Virus record (IMG/VR): IMGVR_UViG_3300045988_144682
Length of the DNA stretch: 64,000 nt
Source: a virus
Strand: one strand, 5' to 3'
Shown: piece by piece, positions 35,604-45,605 of the stretch
Layout: each line of letters begins with the position of its first letter
Numbering within the stretch: position 1 is the first letter of the stretch
Notes under the pieces: generated by a model
Databases searched by the model: none
The model's input: only the letters and a program-made list of their open reading frames with translations
What the model was told of the DNA's origin: nothing
Translations under genes and position numbers: made by a program

Positions 35604-37520
35604 TTATATACCAAGTATCTTTTCGATATTTTTTAAGCGTTCATCATACGCTTGCAATTTCATCTCATCGTAAAGCAATCTGACAATTAAAAAATGAGTA
35701 TACTCAATACAGTAATACTCATCTTCATCATCAGGATTAAGTTTTCTTGTATCTAACATAAGTAACTTATCGGCTACTCCATGTTTTTGAAATGATCGTT
35801 GTAGATCTTGTGCCAAAATACCGACATAAAGTACCTCATGGTCATAATCTGGTGCAGACATTCTAAATTGTTTGAACGGCACTTCTCCTACTGCGTCTAT
35901 GATATTTTGTACAATTGGTTCAATATCACGTTTCATTCTTCTATCTGAAAGTGAACCACTCCATGTTCCATCAAGAAATCCCTTTCCATTTTCTGCTTTG
36001 ATATGTATACCATCAGAATTTGCGTAGATACGCCCACGTTTTCCTTGAGTTCCATTATTATTATAGTACCAATCAGACCATCCATATCCACCGGGTGTAT
36101 TTTCATTCATTAGATTTACACCTTTAAAAATACGCATCAGCATAGCACAATCAAAACCAGAGCGATTAGCGGTTTTTCCAAACGCAATACCATCACCACC
36201 AGCTTTATAATCCATAGTTGCGAAGCCGTTTGATAATGTCATTGTGGCTGTGGCTTCACGACCTGCTTTATCTCGAATGACAATTCTGATATCGTATGCT
36301 TCAGTGTCCGAAACAGCGATAACACGAATATCATTAAGAGATAAGGAACTTGTACTGATATCTAGGTTTGTCCAAGCGGATTGCCCTGCAATTCTGTATT
36401 GTAGGACAGGAGTGAGCGTGTTGCCGGATATACTGCTTACAGAACCTTTGGCAACGATTTTAGCATGATCTCCAGTATCGTCTGATACGAAATTACTGGT
36501 AGTTGTTCCAGTACCACGAGATGCTGTGATAGAAGCGGATGGGAGACTATAATCAACTACCGTAACATCTAATGCAACAAATGCAGAACGACCTCTACTA
36601 TCGGTAGCAGATACTTTGACAACTTTTGTTCCTGTCTTTGTAAACGCATCGAATGTATATTCCGTTCCGCTTGATGCTGTTTTATCTGACATATCAGTAA
36701 CGGATATCTTCAGTGTTTTTATGGATGACCCGTACACACCAGAAGCAGTAGGTTTTACCTTAACTCCAGAAAGCAACTTCGCATAACATCCAAACGTATT
36801 ATTCGTATTGGAAAGCGATGCAATATTGCATGTAGGAACTACGGATGCCGGGAGATAAGCAGTAACTGACACAGTTTTCGTACCAATCTTTGTGCTTCCA
36901 TTCATCGTATCAACAGTGAATGTTAATGTTCCGCTTGTCGCATTCGGTATCTGACCAGCATATTTTGCTATCGTAAATCCATTCCATACGACATTATCCA
37001 CACAAGAGTTCGTTACTACTTCTGACTTATTTCCGAATGTAGCTGTTACCTTATGTGTAAAGTTCGCTTTCTTGTTCATATGTATGGTTATTTGATCGCC
37101 AATGTTTACCGAAGATACGCTTGAAGGCCAGTTGTTTACAGAGGGCTGCGATGCTCTTGGTATGGTGTCAAGAGACCAGCTACCACTTCCGTTTCCAGTA
37201 CCATCTGCGTAATAGTAAATAGCACTAGAAATACTTGCTGAAAAAGATTGCGTACCATTACTGTTATGACTAACAGTAACAGATCCACTACACAGCTTTC
37301 CTTTATATTGTTTCCATCGACCAGTGTTGTTATAAACTATGTTCCCGGCAACAACTACCTTACATGGTCCAGTCATATACCATCCAGCACTACCTCCTAT
37401 AGCTTCGACAGTATAAGAGATTGTAGATGTATTTGCGCCAACATTTTGTGAAGCAGTCCAGCTGAATTTCCAGCATCTTCCTTCGTATCCACTGGTCGTA
37501 AAACTTCCGCTTAAAGCCAT
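35604..37520 (-). CDS. Tail fibre protein with C-terminal S74-type intramolecular chaperone domain
   Basis: LSDRRMKRDIEPI...GILAQDLQ pattern at the C-terminus; N-terminal siphovirus fibre-like region. Confidence 0.75.
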   Translation of the reverse strand: MALSGSFTTSGYEGRCWKFSWTASQNVGANTSTISYTVEAIGGSAGWYMTGPCKVVVAGNIVYNNTGRWKQYKGKLCSGSVTVSHNSNGTQSFSASISSAIYYYADGTGNGSGSWSLDTIPRASQPSVNNWPSSVSSVNIGDQITIHMNKKANFTHKVTATFGNKSEVVTNSCVDNVVWNGFTIAKYAGQIPNATSGTLTFTVDTMNGSTKIGTKTVSVTAYLPASVVPTCNIASLSNTNNTFGCYAKLLSGVKVKPTASGVYGSSIKTLKISVTDMSDKTASSGTEYTFDAFTKTGTKVVKVSATDSRGRSAFVALDVTVVDYSLPSASITASRGTGTTTSNFVSDDTGDHAKIVAKGSVSSISGNTLTPVLQYRIAGQSAWTNLDISTSSLSLNDIRVIAVSDTEAYDIRIVIRDKAGREATATMTLSNGFATMDYKAGGDGIAFGKTANRSGFDCAMLMRIFKGVNLMNENTPGGYGWSDWYYNNNGTQGKRGRIYANSDGIHIKAENGKGFLDGTWSGSLSDRRMKRDIEPIVQNIIDAVGEVPFKQFRMSAPDYDHEVLYVGILAQDLQRSFQKHGVADKLLMLDTRKLNPDDEDEYYCIEYTHFLIVRLLYDEMKLQAYDERLKNIEKILGI

Positions 37521-37541
37521 ACAATACCACCTCCTTTATGG

Positions 37542-40500
37542 CTAAGAATTTATTGCCCCCCCCAAGTACCTAAATGACAGGTTGCCATTTGAACGTGGGA
37601 TAAAAGCAAATTTTCCAAGTTGCAATCTATCTAAGATTTCAGCATCCGTTACATACAGCTTATTGTTACTGAAATAAGCAACTTCATCTGTTCCTTGGTA
37701 GAAACTTAACTTTTGCTCGCTCAACAGCATTGATAACTGCATAGACGGATCTTGGCTAGAAATCTTTCTTGTAATACGCAGTCCGGCATCTTCCATAGAG
37801 AAACATTCAGTCGTTTGCTCTATACTTTCAACTCTTCCGTTTATGGCATCAACACGAACAATGTATGTATTGACATCAGTTTGTACCTTATCAACTTGTT
37901 GTTGTGTCGTGACATTACTTTTCCGGATTTCTTCTATACGCCCATCTTCGCCGACCAAATCATCAAAGTCTTTTCTATTTGAAACAACATCATTGATTAC
38001 ATCAGAGATAATCTTCTTCAATTCGTCAGACATATCACCAGTAATCTTATCTGCGTAATCTGTTAAATCCTCTGGAGCAGGGTAGTAGTCTGTAGGACGG
38101 TTTCCTTTTTCCAACTGGATATAATCAATTGCATAATAGTCATTACTGTTCATGTTATCTGTAATTCTAAGCACATTTGATGTCACCCCAACATTGCCAG
38201 TAGAAATCAACTGACCTGAAGATGTAACAAACATGTCACGATTGTCAGATACAATATCAAACTCTGTATCTTCTAAAGTCAGGACGGTGTAAACCTTGTT
38301 CCATCCAGATGTAAGCTGTATCTGTTGCATATCAGTTGTCTGCATTACACCATTCGTATTTGCAAGGCAAACATTGAGTGTCATATTTTGACGAGAATAT
38401 ACATTCATTGATACCGTCAGTTTCGTTCCAAGTTCCGTAGCAACCAAATTGTCCGTATATACTTCGTAGTACACAGCCTTGGCAGCATTTGAGCCAGTTC
38501 CAGGCTGTACCTTGATTACACGCTTTGCATCAATTTCAGCTTCAGAAATAGAATATACTTTGTCAGTTCCATAATAATGACAACCTTCAAGCTGGTTCGA
38601 TTTCTTCAACAGGTTTCTTGCTCCGATAAGCATGTTTGAACTATCAACTAAGATAGGAACTGTCTGAATATCAAGTAGATTATCTTCAGTTGGAATTTGA
38701 TTAGCTTTGTGCATTTCTATAGTGTAAAAAGCTGGCATGTTAGCCTCACCATAAATAGTAAATATTTGTTCGGAAATATTATTTGATGAACTTATAATTT
38801 CTTCTGTACGATTATCACTATAAGTTTTTGATATAATAAAACGGCATGGGTAAACAACTCGATCACCATCCCCATCTCTATAATATCCTTTTGCTTTTAT
38901 CGTATCTGGTGTGATAATATTATTTCCGTCAATTTTTACAGCACTTGTATCAAGTTCTAAGAAATAAGTTCTTCCGGCATCACCAACATCACCTTGTTTT
39001 GCATTAGTATATGAGACAGTAGAGTTGCCATCTGAATATTGAACGGTTGTTCTTGTCCAAAGGTACATGCCATCTACTAAATCAGGGATTTCATCTGACC
39101 ATTTATTCGTTACGAATAAATTAGAAGAATTATCAATCAATGATTTTCCATCATTTGTAACAAGCTCAACTGATTCTGGAGGAACAGAAGAATTTTCTGT
39201 TGTGGTGATATATTCTACTTTAGTAGAAGTGATAGTAACATCATCACCCTTGATTTTTGACCAAGTGTAATCTGTGGGATTTTTACTATCTGTCTCAATA
39301 TTGTCAGTATATTGTCCGATATATTTTTTATTTGTTCCATTAACTGTATCAAAACCAGTTTTACCGTCAGAGGAATCGGCATAAGCTATATGAATATATC
39401 CGTTTTCACCAGGAACGCCATTTTCACCTACATATTTAGACCACTTATATTCGCTTGATTTTGTTGGTGCGATTGAAGTGGTAGTTGATGCTATACCAAC
39501 ATATTTTGTCGTTGATGATGGAGTTGCAGTCATTCCAGTACCATTTGCATCAGTAGCATAACGTACCCAAAGGTAAGAAGATGTACCATCGAAATAATCT
39601 ACACCCTTAATAGGTGTCTTTCCGTCCGTTCCTTTAATTAAAGTCCACGTATATTTTGTCGAATCATCACTATCGGCTTCAATATTATCGGTATATTGAC
39701 CAATGTATTTTTTACCCATTCCAACTGTTTTACTAAATCCAGTTTTGCCATCGGCAGAGTCAGCATAAGCAATATGAACATATCCATTCTTTCCAGGAGT
39801 TCCGTTTTCGCCTACATATTTCGACCATTTATAATTGCTTATTGTAGTTGGCGCAGTGTTTGTTGTGGTAGTCGCAGTACCTATATATTTTGTATCTGCA
39901 CTTGGAGTCGTAGTCATACCACTTCCATCAGAATTAGCGGAGTAACGAATCCATAAATATGAAGATGTACCGTCAAAATAGTCAACACCTTTTACTGGTG
40001 TTTTACCATCATCACCCTTGATTTTTGACCAAGTGTAATCCTTATAATTTCCACTGTCTGCTTGTGTATTGTCGGAATATACTCCAATATAAATTGCACC
40101 AGTAAATTCGGATTTAGAGAATCCTTCCTTACCATCAGCACTCATGGCGTAAGCAAAATGGACATAACCATTTTTACCTGGAATACCATCTTCACCATCT
40201 TTACCAGCGAACTTAGACCATACATAAGAATTTGCAGAGTCAGGATCTTTTATTACATCGTTGACACAAATACCTATATAATCAGAAGGAATTTCTGAAA
40301 TTTGGTCATCTGTAGGATTTGGATAAGCAGAATATTTTATATGGACATAATTACTTGAACCATCTCTACCATCACGTCCATTGATACCGTCTTTACCGTC
40401 AGTTCCATCAATACCTTGTCTCGATACACTGTATGTGACGGTCGAATTTCCGTCTGAATAATTTACAGTAGTTCTCGTCCAAAGATAAGAACCTTCAATT

Positions 40501-43500
40501 ACATATGGAATAGAAGATAACCATTTATTCGTTGCAATTTCATTTCCATTACTATCAACAATATTTTTGCCATCACTGGTAGCAAGAGAATTTGCTTGCG
40601 GTGGTGTAATTCCGTTATCGCTAGGAATATATACAACTTCCGTAGAAGTAATATATATACTATCTCCGTCTTTACCATCATCGCCCTTAAATTTTGACCA
40701 TGCATATTTTTTATAATCTGTACTGTCTGCTTTGATATTGTCAGTATATACGCCTATATAGGTTGCACCTTCATACTCACAAACGTTAAAGTTTACACTT
40801 CCATCGGCAGATTGAGCATATGCGAAATGCACAAAAGAATCTTCACCATCTTTTCCATCTAAACCAGGTGTTCCATCAGCACCGTCCTTACCTGAAAAAC
40901 GACTCCAAGTATAAGAACTTGCAGTAATAGGATCGTTTAAATTTGTATCAACACAAATACCAATGTACGCAGCCGGAACTTCTGTCAACATATCATCAGT
41001 AGGATTTGCTACAGAACTATATTTAATATGAATATAAGTGCTAATACCATCCTTACCATCTTTTCCTGGAATACCTTGTATTCCTTGTCCACCAGTTGCA
41101 CCAGCTTTAAGTTTTGCAATACGCAGCTTTTTACTTATGGCAATTTTACCCATATAAATGAGATCAAATACTACTTCTCCACGGTCGGTAGACAGTCCCT
41201 TTAAGGTGTAGCGATATTTAGTTTTATCCCATTCACCAGTAACACCACTTGTTGCAGTGATTGTCCAAGATAAGTCTGATGACTTTGTGATATCAGTGCT
41301 TCCAGAAAATACAGTTACATTTGTATAGCAATCCGTAAAATTACCACCATTACCATTGGAATCAGTCGTAATGCCTATATATTCATTGTCAAGTTGAACC
41401 ACAAGAGCAGATGCTTCTTGCTTGATTGTTTTATCAATATAAGAGCCAAGATCATCACTGGTTGTCATCTGAATATGTTTGCCGTTAATTTTGATATTTC
41501 CATCATCATCGACATATACATATTTAGTGTAAGATCCATCTTCGTTCTTTCGTTGCAAAGTAAACAAATCTTTATTTGTATCGTTTGCGTCCGAAGTAAC
41601 AGTAAAACCATTTTCGTCAATTTTTACTGAACCAGAAGTGTTATAGATTCCAACTTTATTTCCGAGAATAATGTTACCGACAATTTTATGAGCGATAATT
41701 CCATAGTCCTCTTTGTATGTACCAGATTCAGGATCAAAGTAAATATACTTACCAAGTCCAGTTTGAACAGTCTTCCAACCATCGTTTGTATAGTAAAAGC
41801 CATGATTGATTATTTTTGTTTGCTCAGAACTGTAATCATCACCAAACTCATTTTTTTCACGCATGAGCAAACCAGTCTCATCCACAACCATATTTTGATT
41901 GTCTGCAGCATTTACAATTTTCTTGTTAGTAAGGTTTAATCCATTTTCAACCATATCCATGATTTGTTTGTTGGCATTATTACCCTTATTCGCTTGATGC
42001 TGCACCATTGAATATGATGTTGACATAGACTGAGCTTGTGATAAGATACTCTGGATATCAGAAGCAGAATTTAATCCATAGGTTACATCAGAAAATTCTA
42101 CATTCAAAGAATCAAGATTATCATAATCAATCTTATATGAAGTCAAACGCAATTTATAAATTGTTTCATCAATCTCTATACGAACCCAATTACCAACATC
42201 AAAATTTACTAAGAGTGGAGAAAATGTTGCATCACCTTTCACGAAATATAATTGATCGTGTGACACAATATTTACACCAGCCAAAGTAACAATTGGAACA
42301 GGAGATGATTCAACATCTTGTTCTTTTACGAGTAAAAAGTTACTCAAATTACAACTAATGGTGTGTTGCAAAGTAGCAGATTTTACAATTTCACGTTCCG
42401 CATTTTTGATAAATTCTTTGGCTTGCATAATAAGTTCTTTGTCTGACAATCCATCAGAAATGAAATTATCATTCTTATATGTGTCATCACGTCTAAATGA
42501 ACAAAACTCAGTCCAAAGTGAATTCCCAAGATAAGTATGCAAATCCAAATTATTCGCAATAACCTGACGCTGCTTTTCGATATAATCAAGAACACCTTCT
42601 GGATTACTTTTAGAACCACGCAATTTCAGAATTTCAGATTCACGTTCCCTCAACTCATCTTCAATCCATATGCTTTTACTGTAATATGGATAATACATTG
42701 ATTCATACATATCATTTTCTGGATCAGCAATACCTTGTTGAATTAGAATGTCTAAACAACCTCTTACAATACTTGCAAGAATATTCAAATTATCGACACT
42801 ATAAAAGGACAAAGCCTTTTTGAATTCAGCCTCGTCCTTTTTAAATAAAGCAACTGTTCCAGTAGCATCAACATCATTTTTTTTCATTGCTTTTTCAAGC
42901 TGACATTTAATAAAATCCGATGTAGCATCTGATACATATATTGTTATAATTGATGTGGTTGCCTTATCATTCTCATCTGCATAACTTGATAGAGTGATAG
43001 TTCCTTTCCAAACATTCCCACTGTATGAATCATTTGTTGCTGTAATTCTATACAATGATGTGTCTACAAAAACTTTCGCATAATTTTGTAGAGCCAAAGT
43101 AACCGTAGATACAGACGCTTTATTGGCATTTTGAATACCAAGAGGTGAAAGCGTATTGGTAGTCAATTTCTTGATTTCTTGTGCAGCCGTTGTTTTCGTC
43201 CCACGTTCTGAGACTGGTGCAAGAGTAGTTTTTAATAAACTGTAAAAATTTAAAGCAGAATAATATAAATCTGTTAAAGAAGAATACCCTACAATTGGAT
43301 ATTTCACATTCATTAAAGAACTATCGTACAACTTATATTTATTGATTAGTGTATTGTAATCACTAATAACAGTAGATGGAATATCAATTTTTTTATCTGA
43401 TGAATATGAAGCATATTCTTTTTCGTAAGTAGATAATTTGTCACGTAATGTTTTTGACATATCGGCACGAACAGAATCACTAAAATACCAAATATATTGA

Positions 43501-44420
43501 CTTCCGCTTGGATTTATATTTCTAATTGTGGCTGTCATTAAATCATCACCAGCGACCAAACGAAAACAGTTTTTTACTTCATCCTTATTTGAAGAATACG
43601 AAATATTTCCGGCGAAATTTTCATGGCTTAAAAAGATACCACTATCTGAACCATATCCAAATTTAATATTAGCAGAGTTACATTTGGTACACATTTTGTT
43701 TGTGAATGTTCCACGTTCTCCACATTCCATACAAACATCGTTTAAATCATAAACAGAAATTGTCCTGTGGATTTTTCCATCATTATTGACAGATTCGCCA
43801 TAAACAAACAAACATTCTACTTCATTTGCGATATCATCAAATGCGCCTTTTATAGTAGAACCATCCCATGAAAATGTTCTTTGCAAATTAGCGATAGAGG
43901 AATCTACATGAACAATTGTATAATGGGATGCTTTATCTTTTAAAATTCTATCTAATGCAGATCCTTCTGGATTAGTTGGATCATATATAATAGTAGGGGT
44001 GTAATCGTCCCTTGCAATATCATCCTCTGTGTTGATTTCAATATCATTTAAACTAAGCTGTCCAAGTTCAGCTTCTTGTAAATGAACACCTTGACAGTGT
44101 TTTATAGTAGCATCATCCTCATCTGTTTCAACGGAAAGTTCATACCACGGATTAAAAGATGCTGTGTCAAGATGTGGGATATAGATCAATCTAAAGTCTC
44201 TAATGTCGTTCCATAATTCACATGTAACATTATCAACCTTTTTATAAACATCAAAAGTAATTTCAGCAGCTTGTGCAAGATCATTTTTATTGGTAAGTGA
44301 TTGAACATTATGAATAATTCCTTGTTTTGTCCCACCACGATAAGCCAATACGAGATCAGGTGCAATAGGCTGTCCATCTGGACTTATTTCTATAAGACCA
44401 CCATATAAAGAAGTATTCAT
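37542..44420 (-). CDS. Giant tail-tip/minor structural protein (2292 aa) with collagen-like triplets and repeated modules
   Basis: Follows the Dit-like gene; GIQGIPGKDGKDG triplets; about 6 YVHFAYA..ADG...YIG.Y.DN..ADS...Y.WSK.KG modules. Confidence 0.8.
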   Translation of the reverse strand: MNTSLYGGLIEISPDGQPIAPDLVLAYRGGTKQGIIHNVQSLTNKNDLAQAAEITFDVYKKVDNVTCELWNDIRDFRLIYIPHLDTASFNPWYELSVETDEDDATIKHCQGVHLQEAELGQLSLNDIEINTEDDIARDDYTPTIIYDPTNPEGSALDRILKDKASHYTIVHVDSSIANLQRTFSWDGSTIKGAFDDIANEVECLFVYGESVNNDGKIHRTISVYDLNDVCMECGERGTFTNKMCTKCNSANIKFGYGSDSGIFLSHENFAGNISYSSNKDEVKNCFRLVAGDDLMTATIRNINPSGSQYIWYFSDSVRADMSKTLRDKLSTYEKEYASYSSDKKIDIPSTVISDYNTLINKYKLYDSSLMNVKYPIVGYSSLTDLYYSALNFYSLLKTTLAPVSERGTKTTAAQEIKKLTTNTLSPLGIQNANKASVSTVTLALQNYAKVFVDTSLYRITATNDSYSGNVWKGTITLSSYADENDKATTSIITIYVSDATSDFIKCQLEKAMKKNDVDATGTVALFKKDEAEFKKALSFYSVDNLNILASIVRGCLDILIQQGIADPENDMYESMYYPYYSKSIWIEDELRERESEILKLRGSKSNPEGVLDYIEKQRQVIANNLDLHTYLGNSLWTEFCSFRRDDTYKNDNFISDGLSDKELIMQAKEFIKNAEREIVKSATLQHTISCNLSNFLLVKEQDVESSPVPIVTLAGVNIVSHDQLYFVKGDATFSPLLVNFDVGNWVRIEIDETIYKLRLTSYKIDYDNLDSLNVEFSDVTYGLNSASDIQSILSQAQSMSTSYSMVQHQANKGNNANKQIMDMVENGLNLTNKKIVNAADNQNMVVDETGLLMREKNEFGDDYSSEQTKIINHGFYYTNDGWKTVQTGLGKYIYFDPESGTYKEDYGIIAHKIVGNIILGNKVGIYNTSGSVKIDENGFTVTSDANDTNKDLFTLQRKNEDGSYTKYVYVDDDGNIKINGKHIQMTTSDDLGSYIDKTIKQEASALVVQLDNEYIGITTDSNGNGGNFTDCYTNVTVFSGSTDITKSSDLSWTITATSGVTGEWDKTKYRYTLKGLSTDRGEVVFDLIYMGKIAISKKLRIAKLKAGATGGQGIQGIPGKDGKDGISTYIHIKYSSVANPTDDMLTEVPAAYIGICVDTNLNDPITASSYTWSRFSGKDGADGTPGLDGKDGEDSFVHFAYAQSADGSVNFNVCEYEGATYIGVYTDNIKADSTDYKKYAWSKFKGDDGKDGDSIYITSTEVVYIPSDNGITPPQANSLATSDGKNIVDSNGNEIATNKWLSSIPYVIEGSYLWTRTTVNYSDGNSTVTYSVSRQGIDGTDGKDGINGRDGRDGSSNYVHIKYSAYPNPTDDQISEIPSDYIGICVNDVIKDPDSANSYVWSKFAGKDGEDGIPGKNGYVHFAYAMSADGKEGFSKSEFTGAIYIGVYSDNTQADSGNYKDYTWSKIKGDDGKTPVKGVDYFDGTSSYLWIRYSANSDGSGMTTTPSADTKYIGTATTTTNTAPTTISNYKWSKYVGENGTPGKNGYVHIAYADSADGKTGFSKTVGMGKKYIGQYTDNIEADSDDSTKYTWTLIKGTDGKTPIKGVDYFDGTSSYLWVRYATDANGTGMTATPSSTTKYVGIASTTTSIAPTKSSEYKWSKYVGENGVPGENGYIHIAYADSSDGKTGFDTVNGTNKKYIGQYTDNIETDSKNPTDYTWSKIKGDDVTITSTKVEYITTTENSSVPPESVELVTNDGKSLIDNSSNLFVTNKWSDEIPDLVDGMYLWTRTTVQYSDGNSTVSYTNAKQGDVGDAGRTYFLELDTSAVKIDGNNIITPDTIKAKGYYRDGDGDRVVYPCRFIISKTYSDNRTEEIISSSNNISEQIFTIYGEANMPAFYTIEMHKANQIPTEDNLLDIQTVPILVDSSNMLIGARNLLKKSNQLEGCHYYGTDKVYSISEAEIDAKRVIKVQPGTGSNAAKAVYYEVYTDNLVATELGTKLTVSMNVYSRQNMTLNVCLANTNGVMQTTDMQQIQLTSGWNKVYTVLTLEDTEFDIVSDNRDMFVTSSGQLISTGNVGVTSNVLRITDNMNSNDYYAIDYIQLEKGNRPTDYYPAPEDLTDYADKITGDMSDELKKIISDVINDVVSNRKDFDDLVGEDGRIEEIRKSNVTTQQQVDKVQTDVNTYIVRVDAINGRVESIEQTTECFSMEDAGLRITRKISSQDPSMQLSMLLSEQKLSFYQGTDEVAYFSNNKLYVTDAEILDRLQLGKFAFIPRSNGNLSFRYLGGAINS

Positions 44421-45220
44421 TATGCAATCACCACCTTCGCTATTGGGTTATATGAAATTGAGTATGTACAAGGTAAGTTAAATGTCAGTTTATTAACTGT
44501 TTTGCCATACTCATTGTTAATTCGTATAAACTTATAATTAAAATCATCACCCAACTCATGAGAATTATTACTTGACATAATTTGCAAAAGATGAGTGAAA
44601 GTCAAAGTTTCACCAGATGAGCAACCACGCACAACAGTTGTCCGTTTATCGTACTCATTAGTGATTTTTAAATCACCAGCAGATTTAAGCGTTATTGTAA
44701 TATCAGGATACAGATAACCTTCTTCATCGCTTGTGTCATTGATACTAATTGATCCGTCCTTGTCAACAGATCCACTAAAATTCAATTTATCCTTATAGCC
44801 GAACGGGGCAGTGGCAGTAAATGTTAGATGAAAGCCTATACAGCCAAAAGCATAATGAATTTCTTCTATATTAAATGTACCATTCCAAAAGTAACCATCA
44901 TATTCATCACTACATAACCGCAGCTCAGATGCATTTGGAGATCCAAGCCATCTTTTTATAACTGCACATTCAGTTGGAGAAATTAAATTTTTATTGTTTT
45001 TATCGCCTATTTTACATATTGAGAATTCCATAACTAATTGGCTGTTATATGTATAATATAAAATAGGAAAATATTTACTTCCAAACATTGAAATAGAAGT
45101 AAAATCTCTTTGAGAGTCAGTAGTCGCAGTATTTGCAGACGAAGCATCATCAAAATCGCATACCATATATCCATGACTACTTAATTTTTCATCACGAAAA
45201 ATAAAATCATAACCATACAT
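44420..45220 (-). CDS. Distal tail protein (Dit)-like
   Basis: Position between the tape-measure region and the tail-tip protein; size 266 aa. Confidence 0.55.
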   Translation of the reverse strand: MYGYDFIFRDEKLSSHGYMVCDFDDASSANTATTDSQRDFTSISMFGSKYFPILYYTYNSQLVMEFSICKIGDKNNKNLISPTECAVIKRWLGSPNASELRLCSDEYDGYFWNGTFNIEEIHYAFGCIGFHLTFTATAPFGYKDKLNFSGSVDKDGSISINDTSDEEGYLYPDITITLKSAGDLKITNEYDKRTTVVRGCSSGETLTFTHLLQIMSSNNSHELGDDFNYKFIRINNEYGKTVNKLTFNLPCTYSISYNPIAKVVIA

Positions 45221-45258
45221 AATAATTCCTCCATTAGTTTATTGTGAAAAATAACTGT

Positions 45259-45561
45259 TTACTTTTGACGTTTCATATTTTTTACTAAGTCATCCATTTC
45301 TTTTTTATATTTTTTCTTCATAGAATTAACAGACATAATTGCCTGAGAATATTTTTCTTTTAGTTCCTTTATATCCGCTATACCGTCACGATAGATTTGC
45401 TCGGATTCTTGTATGTCAGATATAACTTTTTCAAGAGAGGATATCTTCTGTTTCAATATAGTATTTTCTTCGATAAGTTCTTTATTTTTGAGTATTAAAG
45501 AATCATTCGATTTCAGAAGTCGTTGAATTTTTCTTTTTTGCATTTCTTTTTCTAAAATCAT
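45259..45561 (-). CDS. Coiled-coil hypothetical protein
   Basis: Heptad-rich 100-aa ORF with an RBS. Confidence 0.55.
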   Translation of the reverse strand: MILEKEMQKRKIQRLLKSNDSLILKNKELIEENTILKQKISSLEKVISDIQESEQIYRDGIADIKELKEKYSQAIMSVNSMKKKYKKEMDDLVKNMKRQK

Positions 45562-45605
45562 GTTTTACTCCTAATAAAAATGAAGGGCGTATTACAGCCC
45601 CTCAT

